Below are positions 1 through 10,300 of a DNA stretch of 64,000 nucleotides, piece after piece; positions within the stretch are counted from its first letter, which is position 1; each line of letters starts with the position of its first letter. The notes beneath the pieces were generated by a model, which was not told the DNA's origin, made no database searches, and worked only from the letters and a program-made list of their open reading frames with translations. This DNA is from Candidatus Poribacteria bacterium. GTDB lineage: Bacteria > Poribacteria > WGA-4E > WGA-3G. The stretch spans positions 1,856,001 through 1,920,000 of the forward strand of contig OZ242029.1 of NCBI GenBank assembly GCA_965205015.1. The letters run 5' to 3'. A program made the position numbers and the translations under genes.

Positions 1-329
1 GTAACGCTATCACGATAACAATCTTTAGCTCGGGGTTCTGGACACTGGATACAACAGGGATTTCTGGGATGTCCTATTCTATAATCACCCTATTTTCTGG
101 AATGTTGGTTCCAATTGCGCTATGGCCCGAAGGGTTGGCACACATCGCCAGATGGCTGCCGTTTGAAGGTTTAATTGACCTCCCGTTTAGTATCTATCTG
201 GGTAAGATTACGGGGATTGAGGTCTGGATTGCTATAGGCAAACAAATGGTGTGGAACCTCTTTTTTATTGGGTTGGGACGACTTTTCTTAACCCGTGGTT
301 TTTCGCGACTGGTTATACAAGGCGGGTAG
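1..329 (+). CDS. ABC-2 type permease (DUF990-like), 5' truncated by window edge
   Basis: Hydrophobic ORF with FSGMLVPIALWP...WLPF and C-terminal IQGG; upstream of a second permease and an ABC ATPase. Confidence 0.8.
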   Translation, partial: NAITITIFSSGFWTLDTTGISGMSYSIITLFSGMLVPIALWPEGLAHIARWLPFEGLIDLPFSIYLGKITGIEVWIAIGKQMVWNLFFIGLGRLFLTRGFSRLVIQGG

Positions 330-352
330 GGGCTGGGTAACCCAGCCCCTAC
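326..352. repeat. GTAG-type REP palindrome GTAGGGGCTGGG-TAA-CCCAGCCCCTAC
   Basis: Perfect 12-bp inverted repeat; its TAG is the stop codon of the upstream permease. Confidence 0.8.
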
Positions 353-370
353 GGCGGAATCCCCAAAGAA

Positions 371-1171
371 ATGCACCATCTTTCACTCTACTTCCATTTT
401 GTCAAACTTCGTATCCGATCGCAGATGGAGTACCGGCTCTCGTTCGTCTTTGACGTATGTGCGCAAGCGAGCATTTCTGTCATTGACTTTTTCATGATTG
501 CCCTACTCTTTAACCGTTTTAAAGAGTTAGCGGGATGGAGTCTCTGGGAAGTCGGATTCCTCTACGGCATGATTGGCATCTGCTTTGCCATCGCCGAGAT
601 GGTGGGGAGGGGGTTTGATGTCTTTCAAAGAAATATTGTGCGCGGCGACTTTGACACAGTCCTCATCCGTCCGCTTGGCACTTTCTTTCAAGTGTTTTCG
701 CATGAATTCCTACTCCGTCGATTAGGGAGGATCGCACAAGCCCTCGTTGTGTTTCTCATTGCTAATTCACAGTTAACTGTATCATGGTCGCTTACCAAGG
801 TGGGGTATCTGTTGATTTCGTTGGTAAGCGGGACCTGTTTTTTTGTAGGTCTCTTCGTCATCGGCGCGACAAGTTGCTTTTGGACTGTCCAATCCATTGA
901 GATTATTAATATCTTCACGAACGGCGGCGTTTTCATGGGAAGTTACCCATTTTCCATTTATCGGTGGTGGTTTCGGCATTTTTTCACCTTTATTGTCCCG
1001 TTGGCGTGTGTCAACTATTTTCCGTCCCTTTTTCTGCTCGGAAAAATTGGAGCATCGGGTGTTTCACCGATCGGTGTCCATTTAGCACCCTTCGCGGGGT
1101 TCCTGTTTCTCGGTATCACTGTGCTATTTTGGAGATGGGGTGTCTTACACTACCAAAGCACGGGTTTTTAA
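371..1171 (+). CDS. ABC-2 type permease (DUF990-like)
   Basis: 266 aa, multi-TM; motifs QMEYR, GDFDTVLIRP, YPFSIY, C-terminal YQSTG. Confidence 0.85.
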   Translation: MHHLSLYFHFVKLRIRSQMEYRLSFVFDVCAQASISVIDFFMIALLFNRFKELAGWSLWEVGFLYGMIGICFAIAEMVGRGFDVFQRNIVRGDFDTVLIRPLGTFFQVFSHEFLLRRLGRIAQALVVFLIANSQLTVSWSLTKVGYLLISLVSGTCFFVGLFVIGATSCFWTVQSIEIINIFTNGGVFMGSYPFSIYRWWFRHFFTFIVPLACVNYFPSLFLLGKIGASGVSPIGVHLAPFAGFLFLGITVLFWRWGVLHYQSTGF

Positions 1172-1256
1172 TTTATTGCTTCTGGGCCGCTGCGTCCGTT
1201 GTCCTTGCGGGTTTTCGGTTAATTCGCGACTGGATTTGAGGATTTTGACATTAATT

Positions 1257-1280
1257 GTAGCATAAACTTTTAGTTTGTGC
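1257..1280. repeat. REP-like element GTAGCATAAACTTTTAGTTTGTGC
   Basis: Imperfect palindrome; close to the reverse complement of 11166-11189. Confidence 0.6.
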
Positions 1281-1347
1281 AGTTTTATGGTGGAGCCCAA
1301 AAACAGATAGACCCTTTCCCGTTGAAACCAAAAACGCAGCCTGCAAC

Positions 1348-1374
1348 AATACGCAGAAATGCCCAAGCAAAAAC
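1348..1374. repeat. CCCAAGCAAAAA-module dispersed repeat
   Basis: AATACGCAGAAATGCCCAAGCAAAAAC; related copies at 41018-41055, inverted at about 40961-40983, and inside a CDS at about 15732-15777. Confidence 0.65.
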
Positions 1375-1447
1375 ACGCAGGCGACTCGAACACGAAGACC
1401 ACTAAAGTTCTAAATTCTGCTACTTATCCGCAAGGTAAATTAAAAAT

Positions 1448-2464
1448 ATGATTGAAGTTGACAACCTTAGCAAAATTTTCAAGGTCTATCATCACCGCAA
1501 GGGATTTTTCGGGAGTTTTGTGAACCTCTTTTCCCGTAAACACCGCATTGTCCAAGCGGTAGACGAGATTTCCTTCACCGTCAAACGCGGCGAAATTGTG
1601 GGGTATCTGGGACCAAATGGTGCCGGAAAGTCAACGACTATCAAAATGCTGACGGGCATTTTGGTGCCGACATCAGGCAGCGTGACCGTGAATGGGTATA
1701 TCCCGCATCGGCAGCGAAAGGAGAATGCCAAACACATTGGGGTCGTGTTTGGACAACGCTCACATCTGTGGTTCGATTTGCCCGTTCAAGAGTCGTTTGA
1801 ACTCTTACAACGTATCTATCGGATTCCAGAGACGCAGTATCGCTATAACGTCGAGATGTTTGACGAATTACTCAATCTTGGCGATTTTTTCCGGACCCCT
1901 GTTCGTCAGTTGAGTCTCGGTCAGCGGATGCGTGCCGACATCGCCGCTGCCCTACTCCACAATCCGGATGTTCTATTTCTTGATGAACCCACGATCGGGT
2001 TAGATGTTGTCGCCAAGGCGCGTATCCGACAGTTTATCCAAAAAATCAACGCTGAGCGGCAGGTCACGGTCGTGCTGACAACACACGATTTGGACGATGT
2101 CGAAAAACTCTGTAAGCGTGTCATTCTCATTGACAACGCGCGTCTCTGCTTTGATGGAGAACTCGCTACACTTCGGCGATTACTTTCAACGGAGCGGCTT
2201 TTGACTGTTGATTACGCTGAAGTCTACCCTGACATTAGCATCCCCAACGCACACGTTATCTATCGGGAGGGTGCCCGCGTGCAGTATCGATTCTCTCCTG
2301 AAGAAATCAGCACGGCGGATCTTATCGGGACAATCCTCCAAAGGTTCAGAATTGTAGACATATCCGTCCAGGAACCTGATATTGAGGAGTTAATCAAAAC
2401 CGTTTATGAGGACAACCTCACACTTGAACGTAAATTGACGGCGCCGATATCTCCAGACGCATGA
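1448..2464 (+). CDS. ABC transporter ATP-binding protein
   Basis: Walker A GPNGAGKST, signature LSLGQ, Walker B LFLDEPT, H-loop TTHD. Confidence 0.95.
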   Translation: MIEVDNLSKIFKVYHHRKGFFGSFVNLFSRKHRIVQAVDEISFTVKRGEIVGYLGPNGAGKSTTIKMLTGILVPTSGSVTVNGYIPHRQRKENAKHIGVVFGQRSHLWFDLPVQESFELLQRIYRIPETQYRYNVEMFDELLNLGDFFRTPVRQLSLGQRMRADIAAALLHNPDVLFLDEPTIGLDVVAKARIRQFIQKINAERQVTVVLTTHDLDDVEKLCKRVILIDNARLCFDGELATLRRLLSTERLLTVDYAEVYPDISIPNAHVIYREGARVQYRFSPEEISTADLIGTILQRFRIVDISVQEPDIEELIKTVYEDNLTLERKLTAPISPDA

Positions 2465-2474
2465 GCGGATTGAC

Positions 2475-2504
2475 TTGACAAACCGAAAATCTATAAGGTA
2501 AAAT
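2475..2504 (+). promoter_or_regulatory. Putative sigma70 promoter TTGACA-18-TAAAAT
   Basis: Near-consensus hexamers upstream of the LamG gene, which has an AAGGAG RBS. Confidence 0.5.
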
Positions 2505-2557
2505 ATATGATAGTTTTCACCGACCCTAATTTCTATAACCAAAAGGAGTAATTAAAA

Positions 2558-3322
2558 ATGCGTTTAAGGAATATCAGAATAGTCTGTGTACTCGCTGCAC
2601 TCCTCACGATGTTCTGCTATGTAACAGCGGCTGATGCACAAGATTTCGTAATAGATGGACTCGTTGCCATGTATACGCTCAATGAAGCGGATATCGACGG
2701 TAAAACTGTCAAAGATGTCTTTGGGGGCAAAGATGCGAAGATCGAAGGCACCCTTAAATCCGTCGAAGGTGCGGCTGATGGCACGGGAGAAGCGTTGGAA
2801 TTTGAAGGGGATAGTTACATCGAAATCCCAGCGATGGGTGAGTTTGAGCATGTGAGTATTGAATGCTATGCGCTTGAAGGACAGTTCGGCGGCATTCAAG
2901 GCATCGTATCTACATGGCAGTGGGCGGCGGGCAAAGTCCACTTCAAATTTGAGGGCAACCAAATCCAAGTTCATAAGAACGATGGTGTGAAAATCCGCTT
3001 AAATGCTGAGGAGGATCGGTGGTATCACATCATTTACACCAGCAATACCAAAGACAATGAGTTGAAACTCTATGTTGATGGTGAATTGGTTGACGAAGGG
3101 AACGCCGGCGCAACCCCGGAACTGATGGACGAACGCCGTATCGGTAGCGAACACGACGGTAGATTCCTGATCGGTATGATTGATAACGTCCGTATTTATG
3201 ACCGGATCCTTGACGAAGACGAGGTTGCACAGAATTTTGAGTCCCAAAGCGATCAATTGCCTGTGGAACCCGCTGGAAAACTCTCAGCCACTTGGGGCTA
3301 CCTCAAAGCATTGAGGAATTAA
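2558..3322 (+). CDS. Secreted LamG-like jellyroll (concanavalin A-like) protein
   Basis: Signal peptide; WYHIIYT, LYVDGE, GMIDNVRIYDRIL; C-terminal VEPAGKLSATWGYLK tail. Confidence 0.85.
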   Translation: MRLRNIRIVCVLAALLTMFCYVTAADAQDFVIDGLVAMYTLNEADIDGKTVKDVFGGKDAKIEGTLKSVEGAADGTGEALEFEGDSYIEIPAMGEFEHVSIECYALEGQFGGIQGIVSTWQWAAGKVHFKFEGNQIQVHKNDGVKIRLNAEEDRWYHIIYTSNTKDNELKLYVDGELVDEGNAGATPELMDERRIGSEHDGRFLIGMIDNVRIYDRILDEDEVAQNFESQSDQLPVEPAGKLSATWGYLKALRN

Positions 3323-3333
3323 TAGGAATCCCG

Positions 3334-4257
3334 ATGTCTTTGCGCATTCAGAAGGCAGTTATTCCTATTGCCGGATACGGGACACGCCTTTTCCCCGCAA
3401 CGAAAGCCGTGCCAAAAGCACTCTTTCCAATTATCGCTCAGGATGGTATCGCGAAGCCGATCATTCAGCTGATTATTGAGGAAGCACTAACGGCAGGTGT
3501 GGAGGAGGTGTGTCTCGTTGCTCAACCCCAGCAGGTCGAACCGATTGCCGACTATTTTTCTGGCACCGTCGCGGACGCGATTCACGAAAAGGCGGAATTA
3601 GCTGCACAAGCGGATCGGTTAGCGGAAATAGGCGAACGATTGCATTTCGCGATTCAAGCAGCGCCGGAGGGTTTTGGACACGCCATCTATTGCGCAAAGG
3701 ATTTCGCCGCTGGTGAGCCAGTCATGATTCTGCTCGGGGATCACCTCTATATTTCCGAGTCAAATGTCTCTTGCGCGAAACAATTGGCGGATGTCTACGC
3801 ACGGGTGGGTCAATCTGTCACGAGTCTGGATCTCTGTCATGAGAGTGAACTCTCACGCAACGGCATCGTTCACGGGAGTCCTTCCGCTGAATTCCCGCGG
3901 TGCTTTACATTAGCACAAATCTCCGAAAAACCGACGGTCGAGTTCGCGCAGGAACACCTCCGTGTTGCGGGTCTCCCTAATCAACAATACCTCTGCAACT
4001 TCGGCATCGATCTCCTCAATCCCCTCCTCTTTGATATTCTGGACTACAACTACAGACACCGAATTGTGACGCATGGAGAGATTCAACTGCGGGATGCAAT
4101 GTCGGAAATGATAAAACAGGAAGGCATGTCCGGGTATCGCGTCGCAGGTAAGCGTTACGATACGGGAAACCCACAGGACCTGCTGAAGACCGTAAATGCC
4201 TTTGGATTACAAAGCCCCTATTGGGAAGGGTTTGAAAATCAAAATTATCAAAAATAG
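3334..4257 (+). CDS. Sugar-1-phosphate nucleotidyltransferase (GalU-like)
   Basis: KAVIPIAGYGTRLFPATKAVPK, QAAPEGFGHA, LGDH, EKP, GEIQL, RYDTG; start moved to ATG 3334. Confidence 0.85.
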   Translation: MSLRIQKAVIPIAGYGTRLFPATKAVPKALFPIIAQDGIAKPIIQLIIEEALTAGVEEVCLVAQPQQVEPIADYFSGTVADAIHEKAELAAQADRLAEIGERLHFAIQAAPEGFGHAIYCAKDFAAGEPVMILLGDHLYISESNVSCAKQLADVYARVGQSVTSLDLCHESELSRNGIVHGSPSAEFPRCFTLAQISEKPTVEFAQEHLRVAGLPNQQYLCNFGIDLLNPLLFDILDYNYRHRIVTHGEIQLRDAMSEMIKQEGMSGYRVAGKRYDTGNPQDLLKTVNAFGLQSPYWEGFENQNYQK

Positions 4258-4289
4258 AGTGTCCCTACTATTGGAAACGAGAAAACAGA

Positions 4290-7250
4290 ATGTCAAACAA
4301 AGAAGACCTCATTACATCTGCATTCGTAAATGTACTCCGCCCTATGCGTGCTACATGGACACTTAAACAACGTCCATCGAAACCCTTTATTGAGAATAAT
4401 AAAGAACCCGATGTCATTGTCACCGAGCCAAAGCGAGATCCGATTGCTATTGAGGACAAAGTTGACAACGAGCGTAGTCCAAATCTCAATGGTGAAGGGC
4501 AACTCAAAGATGACTATCTCGGTAAGACGCTTAACACAACAGGGCGGAAGATTCGCATGGGTATTGCCGTTCGATTTCCGTACAAGTTCAGAGAGATAGA
4601 GGAAGCAAATCTTGATGCAGAAATAAAAAAAGAGCATGACATCGCTTATTGCATTCTCAGTACGGATGAACCCTATCGTTTTCCAAGAAAAGGATGGCTA
4701 ACCGGTAGCGTAGCGGACATCGCGACTGCTATCCGCGTCAGAACAATACCTATCGCTAAAATTAATGAAGCAGCGGTAATCTTGGAGCAAGGTGTGGATA
4801 ATGCGGGCGAACTCGTTGATGCAGCTATAGCAGAACGACCTGAGATCGGTAATCAAATAGAAAAAATCCTCTACCAAGAGTCCTGTCCGCAGACGACGCG
4901 GATGGCAATGCTTATTATAGGAAATGCTTTCATCTTTCAAAGTTCCCTTGCAGGAAAACCTGAACTGGAAGCAGTGCCTTCACTTAGCGGACTCCGAGGT
5001 CAAGATGGCTTACTTGATTCTGATTTGGTTTTTGACGCATGGTATACTATTCGGACAATAAACTATCGCTCTATTTATGATGTAGCAATTGGTTTAGTTG
5101 ATGCCATCGCACTTGATGACCAACTTGTCGGAAAGGTACTTTATACACTCCGCAACACCGCACGGAACTTAGAGCAAATGGGACTTGCGAGAGAGCATGA
5201 ACTTGCCGGAATAGTCTTTCAGAAATTGATTACAGACCGGAAATTTATCAAGGCACACTATACACGTCCTGAATCGTCAGCTCTTCTCTCAGCACTCATG
5301 TTACCTGAATTGAAACGCGGTGCTCGGCAGATTAAGGTGGCAGATTTCGCTTGCGGGACTGGGACACTCCTCAACGATATTTACCAGCGTATTCTTGGTT
5401 TTCATGAAAAAGTGGGTGGAAAGGGGCAAGATATCCATCGATATATGCTGAAAAATAATATCGTCGGCTGCGACATTCTGCCCAATGCTGTCCATCTGAC
5501 CGCATCCATTATCGCTAGCACCTACCCAGGCATCAAAATTGGTGACACACGGATCCATACGATGGAATATGGTGTACAGCGTCCCGACGGACAATACGCC
5601 ATTGGTGCTCTAAACCTGCTTCGCAACCCAGAAGAAACTCTGCCGATACCGATGACAACCAGCCGTAGGGTCGGTGGCCAAGGAGATAAAGAAACCGATG
5701 CAAAGCAGGAATTCAGACACAAAGAATTCGATTTCGTGATACAGAACCCACCCTATACCAAGGGAAATACAGACAAAAATTCCGAAGTCCCGAAAACAAC
5801 CTTTGGGGATAAAGATCCCAAAGTCGAAAAGGCAATGAAAAAGTCGCTTAAGGCACAGAAGGAGAAAGACAGTGTTGCCGATGGGAATGCTGGTATCGCT
5901 TCATACTTTGTTGAACTCGCTGATAAAATGCTGAAGTCCAACGGCAGAATGGGAATAGTCTTGCCTATAAACGCCATGGCAGGCGCGAGTTGGCGAAAGG
6001 TGCGGCACCTTTGGGCGAAAGGATACCGCGATGTCATTATTGTCACGATTGCGGATGCCGAAATTGAAAATAGTACCTTTTCTGCGGACACGGGCATAGC
6101 GGAGTGTCTTGTTATTGCAACCAAAGGAAAATCCAAAACCACGGGTCGAGGCACTTTTGTCTGCCTACATCGCTGCCCTGCAAGCGTACTGGAGGCACTT
6201 GAAATAGCGAGCCAGGTTCACAGGAAATCTGACGACATCCGCCAACTTGAAAGCGGCATCACTGGCGGCGATCCTATCAAGGTAGGGGCAGAGACTGTGG
6301 GCTATGTAATGGATGCCCCGCTCCCAGACTTTGAAGAAGGCTGGGCAGTTTGTCGTGTCAAGGATATGGGATTACTCCAATCGGCATATCAACTCGCTAA
6401 TGGACAGCTGAGACTACCTCGACAAACAGAACCGCTCCCGATACCAATTTGTCGGTTGTCCGATATTGCTAAAACCAGCCCCGGCCCCTTAGACATATAT
6501 GGTGATGGTGGACGTGGTGGTTTTGATGTTGAAGAGGGTTGTCCTGACACTGCGGATTATCCCTGTTTATGGCATGTTGATTCTCGGATTCAGCAGACGA
6601 TGCTTGTTTCACCTGATTCCCACGCGCTGCCTAGGCCAAACAAGGAGTCCAAAATCGCAGACATAATGGGCGTTAATAGCCGAATACATTACAGTGAAAG
6701 CATACAGTTTAACGCCGGCTCTATGTTAGTAATGTTTACCGATCAAAAATCGATCGGTGTAAATACGCTTCCAAACATTGCCTTTGCTAACGAAATCTAT
6801 GAATACGCGTGGGTATTATGGGGAAATTCAACATTTGGGCTGCTCTGTCATTGGATGCAGTGTGGCAAACAGCAGCAGGGGCGCGGTATACTCCGAAAAA
6901 CGACCTTGCGTTCTCTGCCGACCTTGGATGTCACTCAGTTGAGTCCATCTCAACTTAAGGCTGCAGAACAGATTTTCCATGAGTTAAAACACCAGCAGAT
7001 GCTTCCCTTCAACGAAATGATGGATGATCCAGTCCGGCAGAAACTGGATCGGCTACTGTTATCAAAGGTACTGGATTTAGGAGAGGACACGCACCCGCAG
7101 GTGCATGAAGGGCTTGATCTGCTCCGCAAAAAACTCTGCGCGGAACCAAGCATCCACGGCGGAAAATTGGATGCTTGTGATTTAGAGGAAGGAACACCAG
7201 AACTTATCCGTAAGGATTCAAACGAGACACAAATAGAGCTGCTTTTGTAA
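4290..7250 (+). CDS. Type IIG-like restriction-modification fusion (PD-(D/E)xK nuclease, N6-adenine MTase, target recognition region)
   Basis: N-terminal PDVIV...IEDK; motif I DFACGTG before motif IV QNPPY (gamma class); 986 aa. Confidence 0.8.
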   Translation: MSNKEDLITSAFVNVLRPMRATWTLKQRPSKPFIENNKEPDVIVTEPKRDPIAIEDKVDNERSPNLNGEGQLKDDYLGKTLNTTGRKIRMGIAVRFPYKFREIEEANLDAEIKKEHDIAYCILSTDEPYRFPRKGWLTGSVADIATAIRVRTIPIAKINEAAVILEQGVDNAGELVDAAIAERPEIGNQIEKILYQESCPQTTRMAMLIIGNAFIFQSSLAGKPELEAVPSLSGLRGQDGLLDSDLVFDAWYTIRTINYRSIYDVAIGLVDAIALDDQLVGKVLYTLRNTARNLEQMGLAREHELAGIVFQKLITDRKFIKAHYTRPESSALLSALMLPELKRGARQIKVADFACGTGTLLNDIYQRILGFHEKVGGKGQDIHRYMLKNNIVGCDILPNAVHLTASIIASTYPGIKIGDTRIHTMEYGVQRPDGQYAIGALNLLRNPEETLPIPMTTSRRVGGQGDKETDAKQEFRHKEFDFVIQNPPYTKGNTDKNSEVPKTTFGDKDPKVEKAMKKSLKAQKEKDSVADGNAGIASYFVELADKMLKSNGRMGIVLPINAMAGASWRKVRHLWAKGYRDVIIVTIADAEIENSTFSADTGIAECLVIATKGKSKTTGRGTFVCLHRCPASVLEALEIASQVHRKSDDIRQLESGITGGDPIKVGAETVGYVMDAPLPDFEEGWAVCRVKDMGLLQSAYQLANGQLRLPRQTEPLPIPICRLSDIAKTSPGPLDIYGDGGRGGFDVEEGCPDTADYPCLWHVDSRIQQTMLVSPDSHALPRPNKESKIADIMGVNSRIHYSESIQFNAGSMLVMFTDQKSIGVNTLPNIAFANEIYEYAWVLWGNSTFGLLCHWMQCGKQQQGRGILRKTTLRSLPTLDVTQLSPSQLKAAEQIFHELKHQQMLPFNEMMDDPVRQKLDRLLLSKVLDLGEDTHPQVHEGLDLLRKKLCAEPSIHGGKLDACDLEEGTPELIRKDSNETQIELLL

Positions 7251-7256
7251 ATGCTC

Positions 7257-7285
7257 TTGACGGGGAAGGCTATCTATGGTATCCT
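7257..7285 (+). promoter_or_regulatory. Putative promoter TTGACG-17-TATCCT with extended -10 TG
   Basis: Hexamers and spacing read directly, about 30 nt upstream of the STAND gene. Confidence 0.5.
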
Positions 7286-7316
7286 ACTCGTATCTTGAAT
7301 TGTTTGGAGTTATCCA

Positions 7317-10300
7317 ATGAATAGCGCAACAATTTTCACTGTGAGAAACGAAGACCTTAACCGGCTTGATCAGTACACATCGGTTGAATTCTTTCGACGG
7401 TTGCTTTGGGCGGAAGCACGTCGACTCGGTATAGAAATTAACAAGGTCAATGTGTCCCTCCAAGTAAATGTCAAAGATGGTGGTGTTGATGCGACCGTCA
7501 CAGATAATGACCTTGATGTAGTCGTTGTTAAAAACAGGACTTCAACAGTGAGTGGTCTGATTAAAGTAGGACATACTAGTTATCAGATCAAGTCGGGGAA
7601 GACGAAGCCTAATATCAAAACGGAACTTTTCAAGGATGAGGAAAACCTTAAGGAAGGTGTGCAAGCCTGCCTTGATGCTGATGGGACTTACGTCTTAGTT
7701 TGCACCGGTATAGACCTTGATGCTCGCCGGCACAAGGAACTCCTTTCTCAGATTAAGGGCTGCCTAGAGCCGTATAGTACGCAGCCCCCCAAAGTTGAAG
7801 TGTGGAGTCAGAACACCCTGATAGGTATGCTTGAGTCATTTCCATCGTTGGCGTTGTTGATTAATGGGTACAGTCATGCCGAATTTCAAACGCATCAGAG
7901 TTGGTCGAACAATGCGGATATGCAAGTTCCATTTATTGCTGCGGCAGCACAGAACGAATTAATTGAAAAGATCCAAGGTGGGTTGCGGGAAAAAGTGAAC
8001 GCGGTTCACGTGCGAGTGTTAGGTGAACCCGGCATCGGCAAGACAAAACTCGTTTTTGAAGCTACGAAGGCAGACGATTTAGCACCCCTTGTTATTTATT
8101 GTACGCCTGCTGAGTTTCGTGCTAGCGGTCTGAGACGTGAAATCCTCCGTGAGGATAGCCACTTTTCGGCTGTTTTGATAGTTGATGAGTGCGATCCAAG
8201 CAACCGGTATGATATCTGGAATGAGCTGCAGAATCAGGGGCCTCGGATTAAACTGATTAGCATCTATAACGATTACGATCAGGTTCCCGGTAGTGATATT
8301 TCTGAATTAGAAACGTTGCGGTTGGCGGACGATCAGGTTTCCACTATTATTCAAGGATATGGAATCTCCGAAGAACAAGCGGAACAGTACATAGAATTCT
8401 GTGACGGTTCTCCACGTATGGCACATCATACGGGTAAAGTTTTAGTGAGTCATCCAGGAGATCCATCGCAGCTCCTGAGCGATGATTATCTCTACAAGAA
8501 GTTCTATGATTTTGGAGATAGTCAAGAAGAGGTTCAACAGAGAGAATTAGTCCTGCAGTACATCGCGCTTTTTAAGCGATTTGGCTTTGGGGGGGCTGTT
8601 ATCGCTGATGCACAAGCAATTGCCGAGAAGGTGCGAGAGGCAAACCCATTAGTTACCTGGAGCAAATTTCAGAAAATTGTCAATGACCTCAAGAAACGCA
8701 AGATTCTTCAAGGTCAGTCTACGCTCTACATTACACCGAAAGCACTCCATATCAAGTTATGGGTAGAATGGTGGTGGATTTACGGGGCCTCGTTTGATCT
8801 TGAAACCTTCACACAAGGTTTACCGTCTAAATCTAAATTGATTACGTGGTTCCATGAAATGTTTCAATACGCCGCTGAATCAGAGCCCGCATCAAGAGTA
8901 GTCAAGAAACTTCTCGGCCCGAATGGCCCCTTTCAGGATGGTGAATATCTGAATACAAGGCTGGGTAGCCGTTTTTTTCTCGCATTAACTGAAGCGGAGC
9001 CGAAGGCAGCCCTAAAATGCCTGATGTGCACGATAGGGACATGGGATAAGGATGCCCTTTTGAAATTCACAGATGGGCGAAGGGATGTAGTATGGGCACT
9101 TGAAAAGATTGCTATGCAACGCGATCTGTTTGTTGATGCTGCGCGTTTGCTCCTTGCCCTCGGCGAAGCGGAAAATGAAGGTTGGTCGAACAATGCCAGT
9201 GGTGTATTTGCTAGGCTCTTTTCACACGGACGTGGGAGAGTCGCACCGACCGAAGCCTCCCCGGCAGAACGCTTGCCTGTTTTGAAAGAGGCATTTGAAT
9301 CAGGATCAAGAGAACAACACCTCCTTGCATTGAAGGCTTGCAATGAAGGTCTAGAGTTTGACCGTTTCTCGCGGGTGCCCGGTGCAGAGTATCGTGGATT
9401 ACATAAGAATGCTGACTTTTGGGATCCGAAAACGTACGGTGAACTTTTTGATGCTTACCGTCAGATATGGCAGCTTCTATCTGAGCAGTTAGAAAGTTTG
9501 TCAGAAGATGAACAGGTAGAAGCAGTTACTATTTTACTGCAACGCGCTTCCAGGATTGCGAGAAGGCCCAACCTAAGCAATATGGTCGCTGATACAATAC
9601 AGATACTCTCAGAAAAAACTTACGTTGATAATAAATGGCTTATCAAAACTGTTGTTGAGTTTCTTCGTCATAATGGCAAGGATCTGCCCGACGGCATAAG
9701 ACACCGCTGGGAACAACTTAGGGATGAATTGGTTGGCTCCGATTTTCATGCCATGATGCAACGGTATGTTGGAATGAATTTGCTTGAGGATGCCTTTGAC
9801 GAGAACGAAAATTATCTTGATCAAGGCCATCCACAGATTCATGCCCTCGCTCAGCAATCCGTTGAAAATCCACGCCTTTTGCAATCAGAGTTACCGTGGC
9901 TCGTCACAACCGAAGCACACAATGGATACGCGTTTGGGAATCAACTCGGGAAAAGAGACGATGGTTTTGTTATTCTACCAACCCTTCTTGAGGCACAACG
10001 AAACGCGGAGGATAATGCAAGTGTGTATTTCCTTGGTGGCTATTTCCGAGCACTTTTTGAAGGCAACATAGCAGAATGGGAGAAACAACTTGATGTGTTG
10101 GTTGAAGATACCACGCTAAATGTGCTAATTCCAGAAATTACACACCTTTCTGGAATGACAAAGCCGGCGGGGTTGCGTCTTCTCAAACTTGCCAAAGATG
10201 GGGTTATGGACATCAAATTCTTCGCCTCTTTCTTTCGCAAGCATGTGATAGACAACTTATCGGATGAAGTCTTCGCTGAGTGGATCGAGTTTCTTCTCAA